Source of the DNA: a virus
Lineage: Duplodnaviria; Caudoviricetes
Virus record (IMG/VR): IMGVR_UViG_3300033067_001333
Location: 1-40,108 of that record
Reading direction: 5' to 3' (one strand)
Length of the DNA: 40,108 bases
The notes beneath the pieces are model-generated. The model was not told the origin of the DNA and made no database searches. It worked only from the letters and a program-made list of their open reading frames with translations. A program made the translations under genes and the position numbers. Shown in pieces: positions 23,892-32,284 of the stretch (positions within the stretch are counted from its first letter, which is position 1; every line of letters starts with the position of its first letter).

Positions 23892-24635
23892 ATGCGTAAA
23901 TTACCAATTGTTGTTTTCTCATTATTATTAAGCTTGAAAAGCTATGCCATTACAACCGACAGACCAAATATAAATTTTGGGGTAGAGTTGCTTAGCGGTG
24001 GGGGTGTATCAGATGCTTTTGAAAATGGTGCGAACGACTTAGTGAGCGCCATTAATGGCCTAGGGATACCGGGCCTTATTAGCGGAGAAACAAAGGAAAC
24101 TGGCGGAGCTGGTCTTACTGCGGGCCTGACGTTCCCGAAGAAAAATGACTACGAGTTCGGTTTTCAAACCGGCTTTGGCTTAGGCCCGATAATTACTCAG
24201 GATTATAAAAATGGGTCTTTTGTTTGGCTTCCAACTGGCCAATCTTTTGGGCGTGGGCAATCCAGAGTCACAACCTCTTCTACTTATATGAAATTTCTTT
24301 TTGAGGGTGCCAAATTGTACAGCCTGTCGAAGAATGTGAAGTTGAGATTATGTGCAAAGGCGGGACTGGCTAAGATTAATATCAATCAAAAACTTGAAAC
24401 AACAGGATCTGCAGGAAGCTTAATTTCATTATTAAACCTTGATATACATAACGAAGAAAACGAGAGCGCATCAGGTGCGGCTTGGGAAATTTCTCCATCC
24501 TTAATATTGCCATTTGGTTCAACGGAGCTTGAGGCAGGTTTAAAATATGCCCATTATCCGACTAAGTCTCAATCAGATCAAATATATAAATATGACTGGA
24601 ATCCAGTAGGTTTATTTATCGGAATGCGATTCTAA
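23892..24635 (+). CDS. Outer-membrane beta-barrel protein (lysogenic conversion moron)
   Basis: Signal peptide MRKLPIVVFSLLLSLKSYA, alternating beta strands, C-terminal GLFIGMRF (BAM-type Phe), GGAGG SD. Confidence 0.8.
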   Translation: MRKLPIVVFSLLLSLKSYAITTDRPNINFGVELLSGGGVSDAFENGANDLVSAINGLGIPGLISGETKETGGAGLTAGLTFPKKNDYEFGFQTGFGLGPIITQDYKNGSFVWLPTGQSFGRGQSRVTTSSTYMKFLFEGAKLYSLSKNVKLRLCAKAGLAKININQKLETTGSAGSLISLLNLDIHNEENESASGAAWEISPSLILPFGSTELEAGLKYAHYPTKSQSDQIYKYDWNPVGLFIGMRF

Positions 24636-24784
24636 TTATCCGCAAACCCATGCAAATACGCGCTTAAGGCTTGTAACAATAACCGTGTAACTAATAGGAG
24701 CTCTAGTTGGGAAAGTGGCGTCTTTAAATCTCCAATTTTGGTGTGAAATATTTAAATTTAAACCACCACGACCGGAAATATAAA

Positions 24785-25636
24785 TCATGAATTTAATGCC
24801 CCTAAAAAATACCCGCCTATACTACTTGCATTGCTTACGTAAGTAAGTGTGCCTAAAACAGCTGTCGCGGTTCCACTCGTTGCCGCGCCAGGTTTCATAT
24901 TTAATGGGGAAAGTCCTCCAAATAAATGGTCGTGTGCAAAAGGCGTTGCTGATCCTTTTGTTGGAGCCCACGATATTATTTCTGCTCCCCAAATTGTCGC
25001 CGCACCAGCAGTCCCTGCTGTTGTTACTTCAATATTGGATATATCTCTTACTGCACAGTCTCCCTCTTCAAGTCTAAAAATATATGAACTATTAACTGCT
25101 ACGGTAGCCGACGGCATTGTCATTGTTTTTGTCCCAACAACAGATGTCCCGTCCTGATTTGTATACCCAGCAGCCCCACCAACGGTTCTTAATCTAAATA
25201 CAGGTGCAGTTGTCGCAGCAGCAGTCGTTATTTGAACTAATGGAACTAAGTTAATAGGCGTGGATGAAGCACCTAGAACGGTTCGATTAATTGGAAATGT
25301 TGCAGTATCGTGAGTGAATTGATCTCCCGTCGTCGCTAAATTCAATGTGCCCACTTTATATAACCAAGCAAGTGCGTGCATTGTAACGGTTGTTGAGTTC
25401 ATTGCTGAAGAATGATGCATTACGAGAAGCTCACTAGGAGCGCTTGGTGGAAGATTGTAATTAACCAATGTTGATGGATAAGATGTTCCAATGAAATTGG
25501 CTCTTATCTGAAGGCCAAAAAAACCGCTAGCGGCTGCTCCTGCCGTAAAAGTATTCCCACTTGCTTGAACAGGACTAATAAATCCTAACCCTTTTGCGAT
25601 ATTTTGAACAAATTGCGTTCGGGTAGTTATTGCCAT
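24785..25636 (-). CDS. Beta-rich putative virion accessory protein, paralog 3
   Basis: VGTL, YTNQDG, LEEGDCAVRDI motifs shared with the two upstream genes. Confidence 0.65.
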   Translation of the reverse strand: MAITTRTQFVQNIAKGLGFISPVQASGNTFTAGAAASGFFGLQIRANFIGTSYPSTLVNYNLPPSAPSELLVMHHSSAMNSTTVTMHALAWLYKVGTLNLATTGDQFTHDTATFPINRTVLGASSTPINLVPLVQITTAAATTAPVFRLRTVGGAAGYTNQDGTSVVGTKTMTMPSATVAVNSSYIFRLEEGDCAVRDISNIEVTTAGTAGAATIWGAEIISWAPTKGSATPFAHDHLFGGLSPLNMKPGAATSGTATAVLGTLTYVSNASSIGGYFLGALNS

Positions 25637-25637
25637 A

Positions 25638-26405
25638 TCAATTATCTCCTACTGCGCCAAGGAAAGCACAAAAATCATTCGTTGCAGTTCCATTTACGTA
25701 AAAAGATAAAACATCTCCAGCGACAAACGGAATTAAAGGGAGTGGGGCTTGTAAGAAATCTAAACTGTTAGCTGTCCCAACAAGCCCGGTGATCCCAATG
25801 TGTTGAGGGATAACCCCATAAACTTTCAAAGTACCTGCTGATCCGGTAGATATAGACATATTTGTTATTGCTCGAACGCCCGTATCTCCATTGGCCAAAT
25901 GCGGAGCCATAAAAAATCCAGTTTGAACTGTAGGGCTTGTAGGCAATGTCATTGTGCATGTCTGACCAGTATTCCCGTCTTGGTCTGTATAAGTAATAGT
26001 TAATACGGGAGTTGTTGCGGTTAAAGATGCAGAAACCACAACAACAGGGAATATTGATGCTGTCTGAATAGAAGATCCTTCTACTGTTTTCGTCGGCATT
26101 GTTGATCCAGCAGAAAAACTATTCCCAGAGACAGTCAATGTCCCCAAATCAGTTTCATGACCACCAACAACAAAAGCATTTGAGGAACTATAAAAAGTTC
26201 TTATATAGGTGAAATAAGCAGATGTAACAGACCCGCCAAGAGTTGGGACAGTAAATCTGGTTGGGATCCTGCAAAGATTAATCCCTCCAGACGTCGTTGT
26301 AGCTGATGTCGTAGCGGCTCTGTTTGCATAAATAGCTCGTCGCAACATGCCTTGACCAGTAGCTTGAGAAATAAGATCGTCATAAGAACGCAAAACGTTA
26401 CCCAC
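25638..26405 (-). CDS. Beta-rich putative virion accessory protein, paralog 2
   Basis: SYDDL, LGTL, ITYTDQDGN, LANGDTGVRAIT. Confidence 0.65.
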   Translation of the reverse strand: MGNVLRSYDDLISQATGQGMLRRAIYANRAATTSATTTSGGINLCRIPTRFTVPTLGGSVTSAYFTYIRTFYSSSNAFVVGGHETDLGTLTVSGNSFSAGSTMPTKTVEGSSIQTASIFPVVVVSASLTATTPVLTITYTDQDGNTGQTCTMTLPTSPTVQTGFFMAPHLANGDTGVRAITNMSISTGSAGTLKVYGVIPQHIGITGLVGTANSLDFLQAPLPLIPFVAGDVLSFYVNGTATNDFCAFLGAVGDN

Positions 26406-26406
26406 T

Positions 26407-27186
26407 TTAAGAGTCTCCTATCATAAACATATTCCCATGGATTGCCCTTGCACTGATGGAGTTCCCGCCACCATAGCCGAAATAACAAATTTTGGTTGCC
26501 GCAGGTAATTGCGAAAGCATAAATGCACCTGTCAATAAATTTTCCGTGTGTATGTTCCCGGTCGCATCGCTACATAGCAAGGCAATTGGTAAGCATCCCC
26601 AAAACTTTACGACGCCAGTCGGAGTTGTTCCTCCTGTTCTTGTTGCCGTCGTAATATCTCTGACTCCTGTGTCACCCGCATTTAGAATAACAGCCCCGAC
26701 GGTATGAATATTAGAGTTTGTTACCGGGAGATTTTGCGCCGTTGTGGTTTCTGCCGCGTTCCCATCTTGATCCACATAAGTAATCGTAATCGCACCTGGA
26801 GTTGCGCTTAGAGCGGTTGTAATTTCCATCAATACCATCCCACTCGTTTGCCTAGAAACTCCCAGCTCGGTTACCGTTGGCATCTGTGAACCATCTGTAA
26901 ATGTTGGCCCAGATATATCCAATGTCCCTAAATTTATAGATTGGCAAACAAGCAGAGGATAACCAGAAGAAGCAGACCACAATCCCCCAATAGTAGTTGG
27001 AATGTAGGACGTTACACCAGCGGGCAAAGATGGCGTATCCTTCTGACAAGCCAGTAAAGCAAGAGCCGCTTGCGTTCCTCCTAAAGCTCCTGTACTTGCT
27101 TGCAACTCTCCCCAAAAAGGCTCATTCAACGTGAATCCGCCGCCGACTCTATTTACAAGGTCATCATATGATGATATTGATGCCAT
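26407..27186 (-). CDS. Beta-rich putative virion accessory protein, paralog 1
   Basis: SYDDL, LGTL, ITYVDQDGN, LNAGDTGVRDIT. Confidence 0.65.
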   Translation of the reverse strand: MASISSYDDLVNRVGGGFTLNEPFWGELQASTGALGGTQAALALLACQKDTPSLPAGVTSYIPTTIGGLWSASSGYPLLVCQSINLGTLDISGPTFTDGSQMPTVTELGVSRQTSGMVLMEITTALSATPGAITITYVDQDGNAAETTTAQNLPVTNSNIHTVGAVILNAGDTGVRDITTATRTGGTTPTGVVKFWGCLPIALLCSDATGNIHTENLLTGAFMLSQLPAATKICYFGYGGGNSISARAIHGNMFMIGDS

Positions 27187-27428
27187 CAGTCACCTCTCGT
27201 AATAATGTCAACAAACTCGTAAGAATCAGGAACTTCGCCTAAGATTGGCAGCGTTACAAACTGATCAGAATCATCATCCCAAAAAATTACACATGGTGGA
27301 TTAGCCGATACAGTTTGAGCGAAATTATTGTTTTTTCTAGATTTCCCATTTAGAACAAGTTCGTTTTGCTGATTTACTTTTACAGTCAGCGATTTAGATC
27401 TATGGTTAGTAATAGATCTTTTAGCCAT
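27186..27428 (-). CDS. Small hypothetical protein, paralog b
   Basis: Aligns without gaps over ~60 aa with 27428..27712. Confidence 0.7.
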   Translation of the reverse strand: MAKRSITNHRSKSLTVKVNQQNELVLNGKSRKNNNFAQTVSANPPCVIFWDDDSDQFVTLPILGEVPDSYEFVDIITRGD

Positions 27429-27712
27429 TAAGCGATATCTCTCACTACATTAACCATCTGATAATCTGCAGTAACTTCGCTTTGCAAAGGAACGGCAACA
27501 AAATTTCTAGAGGCGACATTAAAAAAAACAACGGAATTCGGTTGCACCGCCAAAGTTTGTTGGAATGCGACTCCGTTACCATCCGTACCTACTATTTCCA
27601 ATTCATCGGCATTATTTAATACTGCATTATAAGTTTGGAAACTATTGCTGGGAACAGTAATAAGTGTTTTCATTTTTTTAAACCTCTTTATTAGATTAGT
27701 GATTATTGTCAT
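27428..27712 (-). CDS. Small hypothetical protein, paralog a
   Basis: TAATG coupling. Alternative start at 27673 after AAGAGG. Confidence 0.7.
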   Translation of the reverse strand: MTIITNLIKRFKKMKTLITVPSNSFQTYNAVLNNADELEIVGTDGNGVAFQQTLAVQPNSVVFFNVASRNFVAVPLQSEVTADYQMVNVVRDIA

Positions 27713-28539
27713 TATTTTGTCACCTTCAATGAAATGGTAACTCTTGTGATTGTTGATGCTGAACTAACGCTATATTCCAAGATATCGCCTGCAGATATCG
27801 TCGTTGTCCAGCCCGTTAAAGTCGCGTCTTGAGACTTTTGCGCGCTTGAGATGGTGGGAGGTGCAGACGCTACAATACTACTAGTTGTTGGGAATCCTGA
27901 AAAGGTTGATTTTTTAATATCGATTACAACACTCCCGCTTTGATCTGCTAGAAGAGTTACTTGTTGTACCGTACATGCGAACGGGACTTCTATAAATCCT
28001 TTTGAACCTGTTGTCAGTGCTGCGCCACCGCCGTCGATTACGTACGTTAAGGTCTGGGTTAATATTCTCGTATCAAGATCGATAGTGGGATTCCCGCTAA
28101 CACCGTCGCCATTTGTAATCGTAACATGGTTTGTTGTCCCGGAAACACTTCTTGTCGTCCAAGTACTTGATCCGGTTCTAACAGCTATTCCGTTAGTTGA
28201 TAATCCTTCTACTGCCGAGAGGTCATCTGTGAGTGCAAACGTTGGATTCCCTGCTATTCCGGCAGGATTGGTGATAGTGAATCCAGCGGCTGGTGCTGTT
28301 AAAGTCCTGCCTGTAAAAGTATCTGCCGCTGTTTGTGTAATTAACCCATTTGTGTTATATGCAGCCAAAGCTGTTAGCGTCGCATCAGCATCCTGCTTTC
28401 CAGTTAATGATGTTTGGAAATTCCCGACAGTAATTTTCTTGCTGATAGGAGTACCGCCAGGATCGTCAACGATGTAAAGTAAATCGTCAGTGGTAGCGGT
28501 TGTTGCTGCAGTCAAACCTGTTAGCTTTGTATCAGCCAT
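27712..28539 (-). CDS. Fibre-like structural protein
   Basis: MADTKLTGL N-terminus, two GKQDADATLTALA/ITNxxGxxGNPT-type shaft repeats, C-terminal IDGGG...AGDILE beta-sandwich. Confidence 0.75.
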   Translation of the reverse strand: MADTKLTGLTAATTATTDDLLYIVDDPGGTPISKKITVGNFQTSLTGKQDADATLTALAAYNTNGLITQTAADTFTGRTLTAPAAGFTITNPAGIAGNPTFALTDDLSAVEGLSTNGIAVRTGSSTWTTRSVSGTTNHVTITNGDGVSGNPTIDLDTRILTQTLTYVIDGGGAALTTGSKGFIEVPFACTVQQVTLLADQSGSVVIDIKKSTFSGFPTTSSIVASAPPTISSAQKSQDATLTGWTTTISAGDILEYSVSSASTITRVTISLKVTK

Positions 28540-28558
28540 TTTTTTATACCTTCCGTTT

Positions 28559-28825
28559 TTATTCTAAAAGCAAAGAGTCTGCGCCAGTCTCAAGTAATAA
28601 TTTAAATCCATCTTCTAACAAGAAGAATGATGTCCCCGTCGACAATGTGTGCAATAAAAACCATGTCCCCGAGTAATACAAATAGTATCCATTCGTTGAT
28701 GAATTAATGTATGTCCAGCCATCCTGCGGAGAACTTGGCGAAGAAGATGAGACGCCTTGAAACGTCCCCGTTTGATAAAAATCGAAATTCCCAGTAAATG
28801 GATTTACTTTGTATTTATCAGCCAT
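28559..28825 (-). CDS. Small fibre-associated protein
   Basis: NPFTGNFD N-terminus, PSSPQDG repeat, C-terminal LLEDGFKLLLETGADSLLLE. Start moved to 28825 (GGAG SD). Confidence 0.65.
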   Translation of the reverse strand: MADKYKVNPFTGNFDFYQTGTFQGVSSSSPSSPQDGWTYINSSTNGYYLYYSGTWFLLHTLSTGTSFFLLEDGFKLLLETGADSLLLE

Positions 28826-29066
28826 ATGACTCCGACGCCCTGTTATCCCAAATTGCTCCATCTGGAACGCTGATCATCGCCGATGTCGTTTGATTTAATC
28901 CGTTAACAGTAAACTTAATGATAGTCCATTTGCGCTCACTACTAAGTGAGCCTCTTTGTGCCCATCCCATATAAATACAATTCCCGTTCCCGTCGTAATC
29001 AAAGACTTTCGTGTACGCTCTGAATCCTGGGATCTGCAATCCAAGTAAATGATCTGTTACGCTCAT
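28818..29066 (-). CDS. Small putative structural protein
   Basis: IYMGWA..G...WTIIK...WDNRASESY. Confidence 0.65.
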   Translation of the reverse strand: MSVTDHLLGLQIPGFRAYTKVFDYDGNGNCIYMGWAQRGSLSSERKWTIIKFTVNGLNQTTSAMISVPDGAIWDNRASESYG

Positions 29067-29068
29067 AA

Positions 29069-29470
29069 TTACATTCCTATTATCATTTGCGTTTTTACGC
29101 CAACACTTCTCGTTATTCCTCTACCAAGGTAATAGAGGGCTTCAAAGATTGATATTAAAAACATTGCAAAAACAAAGTTAAGTCCATTAAATATTGCCCA
29201 CACATGCCACATTTGGAGAAGAAGGGTAACTGTGTTTTCAATCGTCAGCATCCCGTGTTTTACCGTCGGTCTGTTCTTGTTTTTCAAAACGCTGCTAACC
29301 AAGAAACCGAAAACTAATATGTCCAAATAATATGTCTTGTATCTGATCGGTATGGGACTAAGCAAAAAGAATGATGAGAAAATGACAAGCCTAATTAATG
29401 TGCTAGAAACTTTTACTCCACTAAGTCTGGTGAGAATATTTTCAGGGTTCATTATTTTGTGACCCCCCAT
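29069..29470 (-). CDS. Multi-pass membrane protein
   Basis: About four hydrophobic segments. Likely start at 29452 (TAATG with the holin). Confidence 0.6.
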   Translation of the reverse strand: MGGHKIMNPENILTRLSGVKVSSTLIRLVIFSSFFLLSPIPIRYKTYYLDILVFGFLVSSVLKNKNRPTVKHGMLTIENTVTLLLQMWHVWAIFNGLNFVFAMFLISIFEALYYLGRGITRSVGVKTQMIIGM

Positions 29471-29868
29471 TTCTTTTCCATCATTCGATACCCACCGATG
29501 CCAAGCAATGGGGATAATATCCCCATTATTTCAGACATAGCTATTGGCGGGTAAGGGACCAATGCTTGAGTTTTCCAGCATTGCATGCACCAAAATATGT
29601 CTGTGAGAATAAATTGTGGCCAATAATACAGCGCAAGAGAAATAACACATACCCACCCAGCGGCGGGTCGCCATCGAGAAGTAAATCGATCTGTAGACGA
29701 CGCTTCGATCTCATTGACCTTGGACTGTTGCTCATCCGATTTTGAAATTAAGTCTTCTACTTCTTTCTCAGCCCGCGCAATCGCTTCTGCTCTTTTCTGT
29801 GGATCTGGTATTAAGTTGACCATCTTTTCAATAATCGGGCCTAGCCCTGGTATTAATTTTTCCCACAT
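29452..29868 (-). CDS. Holin (GTA/3TM holin family)
   Basis: VNEIEA.S...F.SRWRPAAGWVC...LLGIGGYRMMEK. Confidence 0.85.
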   Translation of the reverse strand: MWEKLIPGLGPIIEKMVNLIPDPQKRAEAIARAEKEVEDLISKSDEQQSKVNEIEASSTDRFTSRWRPAAGWVCVISLALYYWPQFILTDIFWCMQCWKTQALVPYPPIAMSEIMGILSPLLGIGGYRMMEKKWGVTK

Positions 29869-29877
29869 AATTCCCTC

Positions 29878-30366
29878 TTAAGCCAACATCGTGTATTTTC
29901 CATCTTGCATTCTTAGCACTTGATTGCATCTATCACTTGCACGATAAGGGGATCCGACAGAAATATGAATCCAAGACGTTTCTGCATTCCCTCGATTTGC
30001 GGTCTCGTGTATTAATTGTCCAACGTGCAATTTTTCTTCTTTTATCGCTTTCCAAATTAATCTAAATGAATCGCCAAGGTCCTTTCCTATCGGCACGAAG
30101 TCTGCAGCTTCACATAGTAAATGCTGGCTTCTCGACGTTGAACGAATAAACGTATTCAACTCTTGGCATCTATAAGCACTTGTTACTTTAAGTGGACACC
30201 CTACAAGCTCTCTGACCTTTTCAAGAAGGTTGGCCACGACAGTTAATTTTGAAATTTGATCTTCACTCACTTTCCTATTCTTCGCCTGATAGTATTCATG
30301 CGTTGTTTTTGTGAGCTCAAACAAAGAGAAGTTGTCTGACAATTTCCTGTCGTTTATCATGTCCAT
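29878..30366 (-). CDS. Endolysin, peptidase M15A family
   Basis: LSDNFSLFEL, TSAYRC..LN, SQH...EAADF, WIHIS zinc ligands. Confidence 0.9.
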   Translation of the reverse strand: MDMINDRKLSDNFSLFELTKTTHEYYQAKNRKVSEDQISKLTVVANLLEKVRELVGCPLKVTSAYRCQELNTFIRSTSRSQHLLCEAADFVPIGKDLGDSFRLIWKAIKEEKLHVGQLIHETANRGNAETSWIHISVGSPYRASDRCNQVLRMQDGKYTMLA

Positions 30367-30370
30367 TTAT

Positions 30371-30652
30371 TTATCCATAAAAATGAAAATGTGCTTTTAT
30401 AAATGAAATTATTGATTGGAGAATCGATGTGATTATGATCGCGCCAATAATTCCAAATGCCCATATCGTTGCCTTAAATGGCGTATTCACCATGTCGACA
30501 ATTTTCTGAAGACTGGAAATCTTTTCTTCAAATTTTAGTCTCCATGCTTTTGAGCTTTCTTCCCTCTCATCAATAAGCCTTCTGATTTCTTTTACCTCAG
30601 CAATTAGTTGCCCAAGTAAAAGATCGGATTCTCGTTTGCTGTTAATCTCCAA
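30371..30652 (-). CDS. Coiled-coil protein with C-terminal TM helix (holin/antiholin-like)
   Basis: Directly before the endolysin. Single C-terminal TM helix, TTG start. Confidence 0.6.
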   Translation of the reverse strand: MEINSKRESDLLLGQLIAEVKEIRRLIDEREESSKAWRLKFEEKISSLQKIVDMVNTPFKATIWAFGIIGAIIITSILQSIISFIKAHFHFYG

Positions 30653-30738
30653 TTAGACGCTCAACTTATGTGAATCCATCAATATAAAAAACACATTTCT
30701 TGTTGCAGAATTAATATAAATATAATTACAGAGATTCA

Positions 30739-30906
30739 TTATAATGATCCTAAATAATCACTTATTTCTTGTTCAGATGGGATCTGCAAATCTGGATCCA
30801 TCCATGTTACCGTTGTCGAACCGTTTTCATTTTCCCTAAGAATATAATAGGAATTAGGACGAAGTGCTGAAAATGCAACACAGAGTTGCTTGTTAGTAAA
30901 TTCCAT
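30739..30906 (-). CDS. Small tail-fibre assembly protein (XkdW-like)
   Basis: AFSALRPN...W.DP...IPSEQEI. TAATG overlap with the fibre stop. Start moved to 30906. Confidence 0.65.
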   Translation of the reverse strand: MEFTNKQLCVAFSALRPNSYYILRENENGSTTVTWMDPDLQIPSEQEISDYLGSL

Positions 30907-32201
30907 TACACAATCTCCTGGAGCGTTATCGCCCAAGAACGACCATTGCCAAATGATATATTTCCACTTGTTCCATCTGATAAGCCGTATACGGCGTATG
31001 TAGTCGATGAAGTTGTAGCGGGGCTGTCGATCCAAGTTAAGGTAACTGTCCCAAAATTAGCGGCACCTGTTACGCCGACCTGCGCTCCTCCAGACGAGTC
31101 TTGGATATTTGCGGCGTTCCTGAAAATTGCCAATCGCGCTGCGTTTGCTGTGGATGATGGGCAGTTGACAGCTAGCGTAGCCACTATCATGATTCGATTA
31201 GATGCTGATGTTGGAGTAATGTTAGCGGTCACGTTTGTCGCCACAAACGTCGCAGAAGAAGTTGCGGTGTTGGTTGTCCCAGTAGCAAAAACTGTTTGTA
31301 TAACTTTAATCTGCCCGAATGTCGCGGCATCAGAAGACACCGTCCCGTTAGCTACAGTAGTTATTTTCTGAGAGCTCATCCCTATTGGCGACGTAAACGT
31401 TTTAACTCCATTAATCGTCTGAGCCCCATCCGTTAATACAACAGAAGAACTAGTCGTCCCGGGATCTGGAATTGTAAATGTGCGAGCACCGGCTTGAGGA
31501 GCCGCAGTTATGTCGGTTATTGTGTCTCCGGTATTATTAGAAGCTTTTACTCTTAGGCTTCCCTTCAATGCAGTTGACGGGAAAATGCTTAGGCTCCCTG
31601 CTGTTCCACTAGCACCTAAAGATTGATCTGGGTAAATACCTAAGGTTGCCCTTGCGGCTAAAGCTGTAGTATCGTCCAAGACTGTTGACATAAATGCCGA
31701 TACAGGCGTACTCGAGATTCCACTTGCAGGAATGGGGTTCCCGCTTGCGTCGAATGCCAAAAACATAGCCGCGCGGTTTGCGACAGTGGGTAACAAGGTA
31801 TTTGTATCCGTTCCTACTTCAGATTGGGGGAGTTTGATCGATCTGGCCAAAGCTTCCGTTAACTGCTGTACTTGCATGGATGATTTATCTAGGGCTTGTT
31901 CTAAAACCTCGGCATTGAACGGACCCTGATTTTTCCAGTCAACAGATTGGAGCGTATCGACAGATCTGAGTAATGTTATTTTTGATCCAACAGCTAAAGG
32001 GGATCCGGTAGTGGGATATGTAACCTGCTTGTTTGTTGTGTCAACAGTGTAACCGGAAAGCAACAAGGTTGCTACTCCAGACGAGTTTGTAATGTACACT
32101 TGCAAATCTGTTGATACCGATACGGTAAATGAATAACTCCAGACTGTAGTTACGCCATCCCCGTTATAAGTTATTTTGTTTAGTGTTGTAGCAATTGTCA
32201 T
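30906..32201 (-). CDS. Tail fibre protein
   Basis: T7 gp17-type anchor (YNGDGVTTVWSYSF...LEQALDK..M..QQ), AARATLG, and C-terminal ITPTSASNRI...DSPATTS...ITLQEI domain. Confidence 0.88.
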   Translation of the reverse strand: MTIATTLNKITYNGDGVTTVWSYSFTVSVSTDLQVYITNSSGVATLLLSGYTVDTTNKQVTYPTTGSPLAVGSKITLLRSVDTLQSVDWKNQGPFNAEVLEQALDKSSMQVQQLTEALARSIKLPQSEVGTDTNTLLPTVANRAAMFLAFDASGNPIPASGISSTPVSAFMSTVLDDTTALAARATLGIYPDQSLGASGTAGSLSIFPSTALKGSLRVKASNNTGDTITDITAAPQAGARTFTIPDPGTTSSSVVLTDGAQTINGVKTFTSPIGMSSQKITTVANGTVSSDAATFGQIKVIQTVFATGTTNTATSSATFVATNVTANITPTSASNRIMIVATLAVNCPSSTANAARLAIFRNAANIQDSSGGAQVGVTGAANFGTVTLTWIDSPATTSSTTYAVYGLSDGTSGNISFGNGRSWAITLQEIV

Positions 32202-32203
32202 TC

Positions 32204-32264
32204 AAGCCTCCGCAATAGGTAGGAGGCTTAAATGATGAGAGTGTTCGGTTAGAAGTGTCTCATC
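32204..32264 (-). promoter_or_regulatory. SD-sequestering hairpin plus upstream stem in the tail-fibre leader
   Basis: AAGCCTCC-TACCTATTGC-GGAGGCTT-GA-ATG, preceded by a GATGAGA/TCTCATC stem. Confidence 0.7.
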
Positions 32265-32284
32265 GCGAGCTATCAGATTATAAT

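Noticed and set aside
24785-32201. Diversity-generating retroelement, expected from the BPP-1-like architecture
   Set aside because: No reverse transcriptase ORF, and no template/variable repeat pair differing at adenines was seen.
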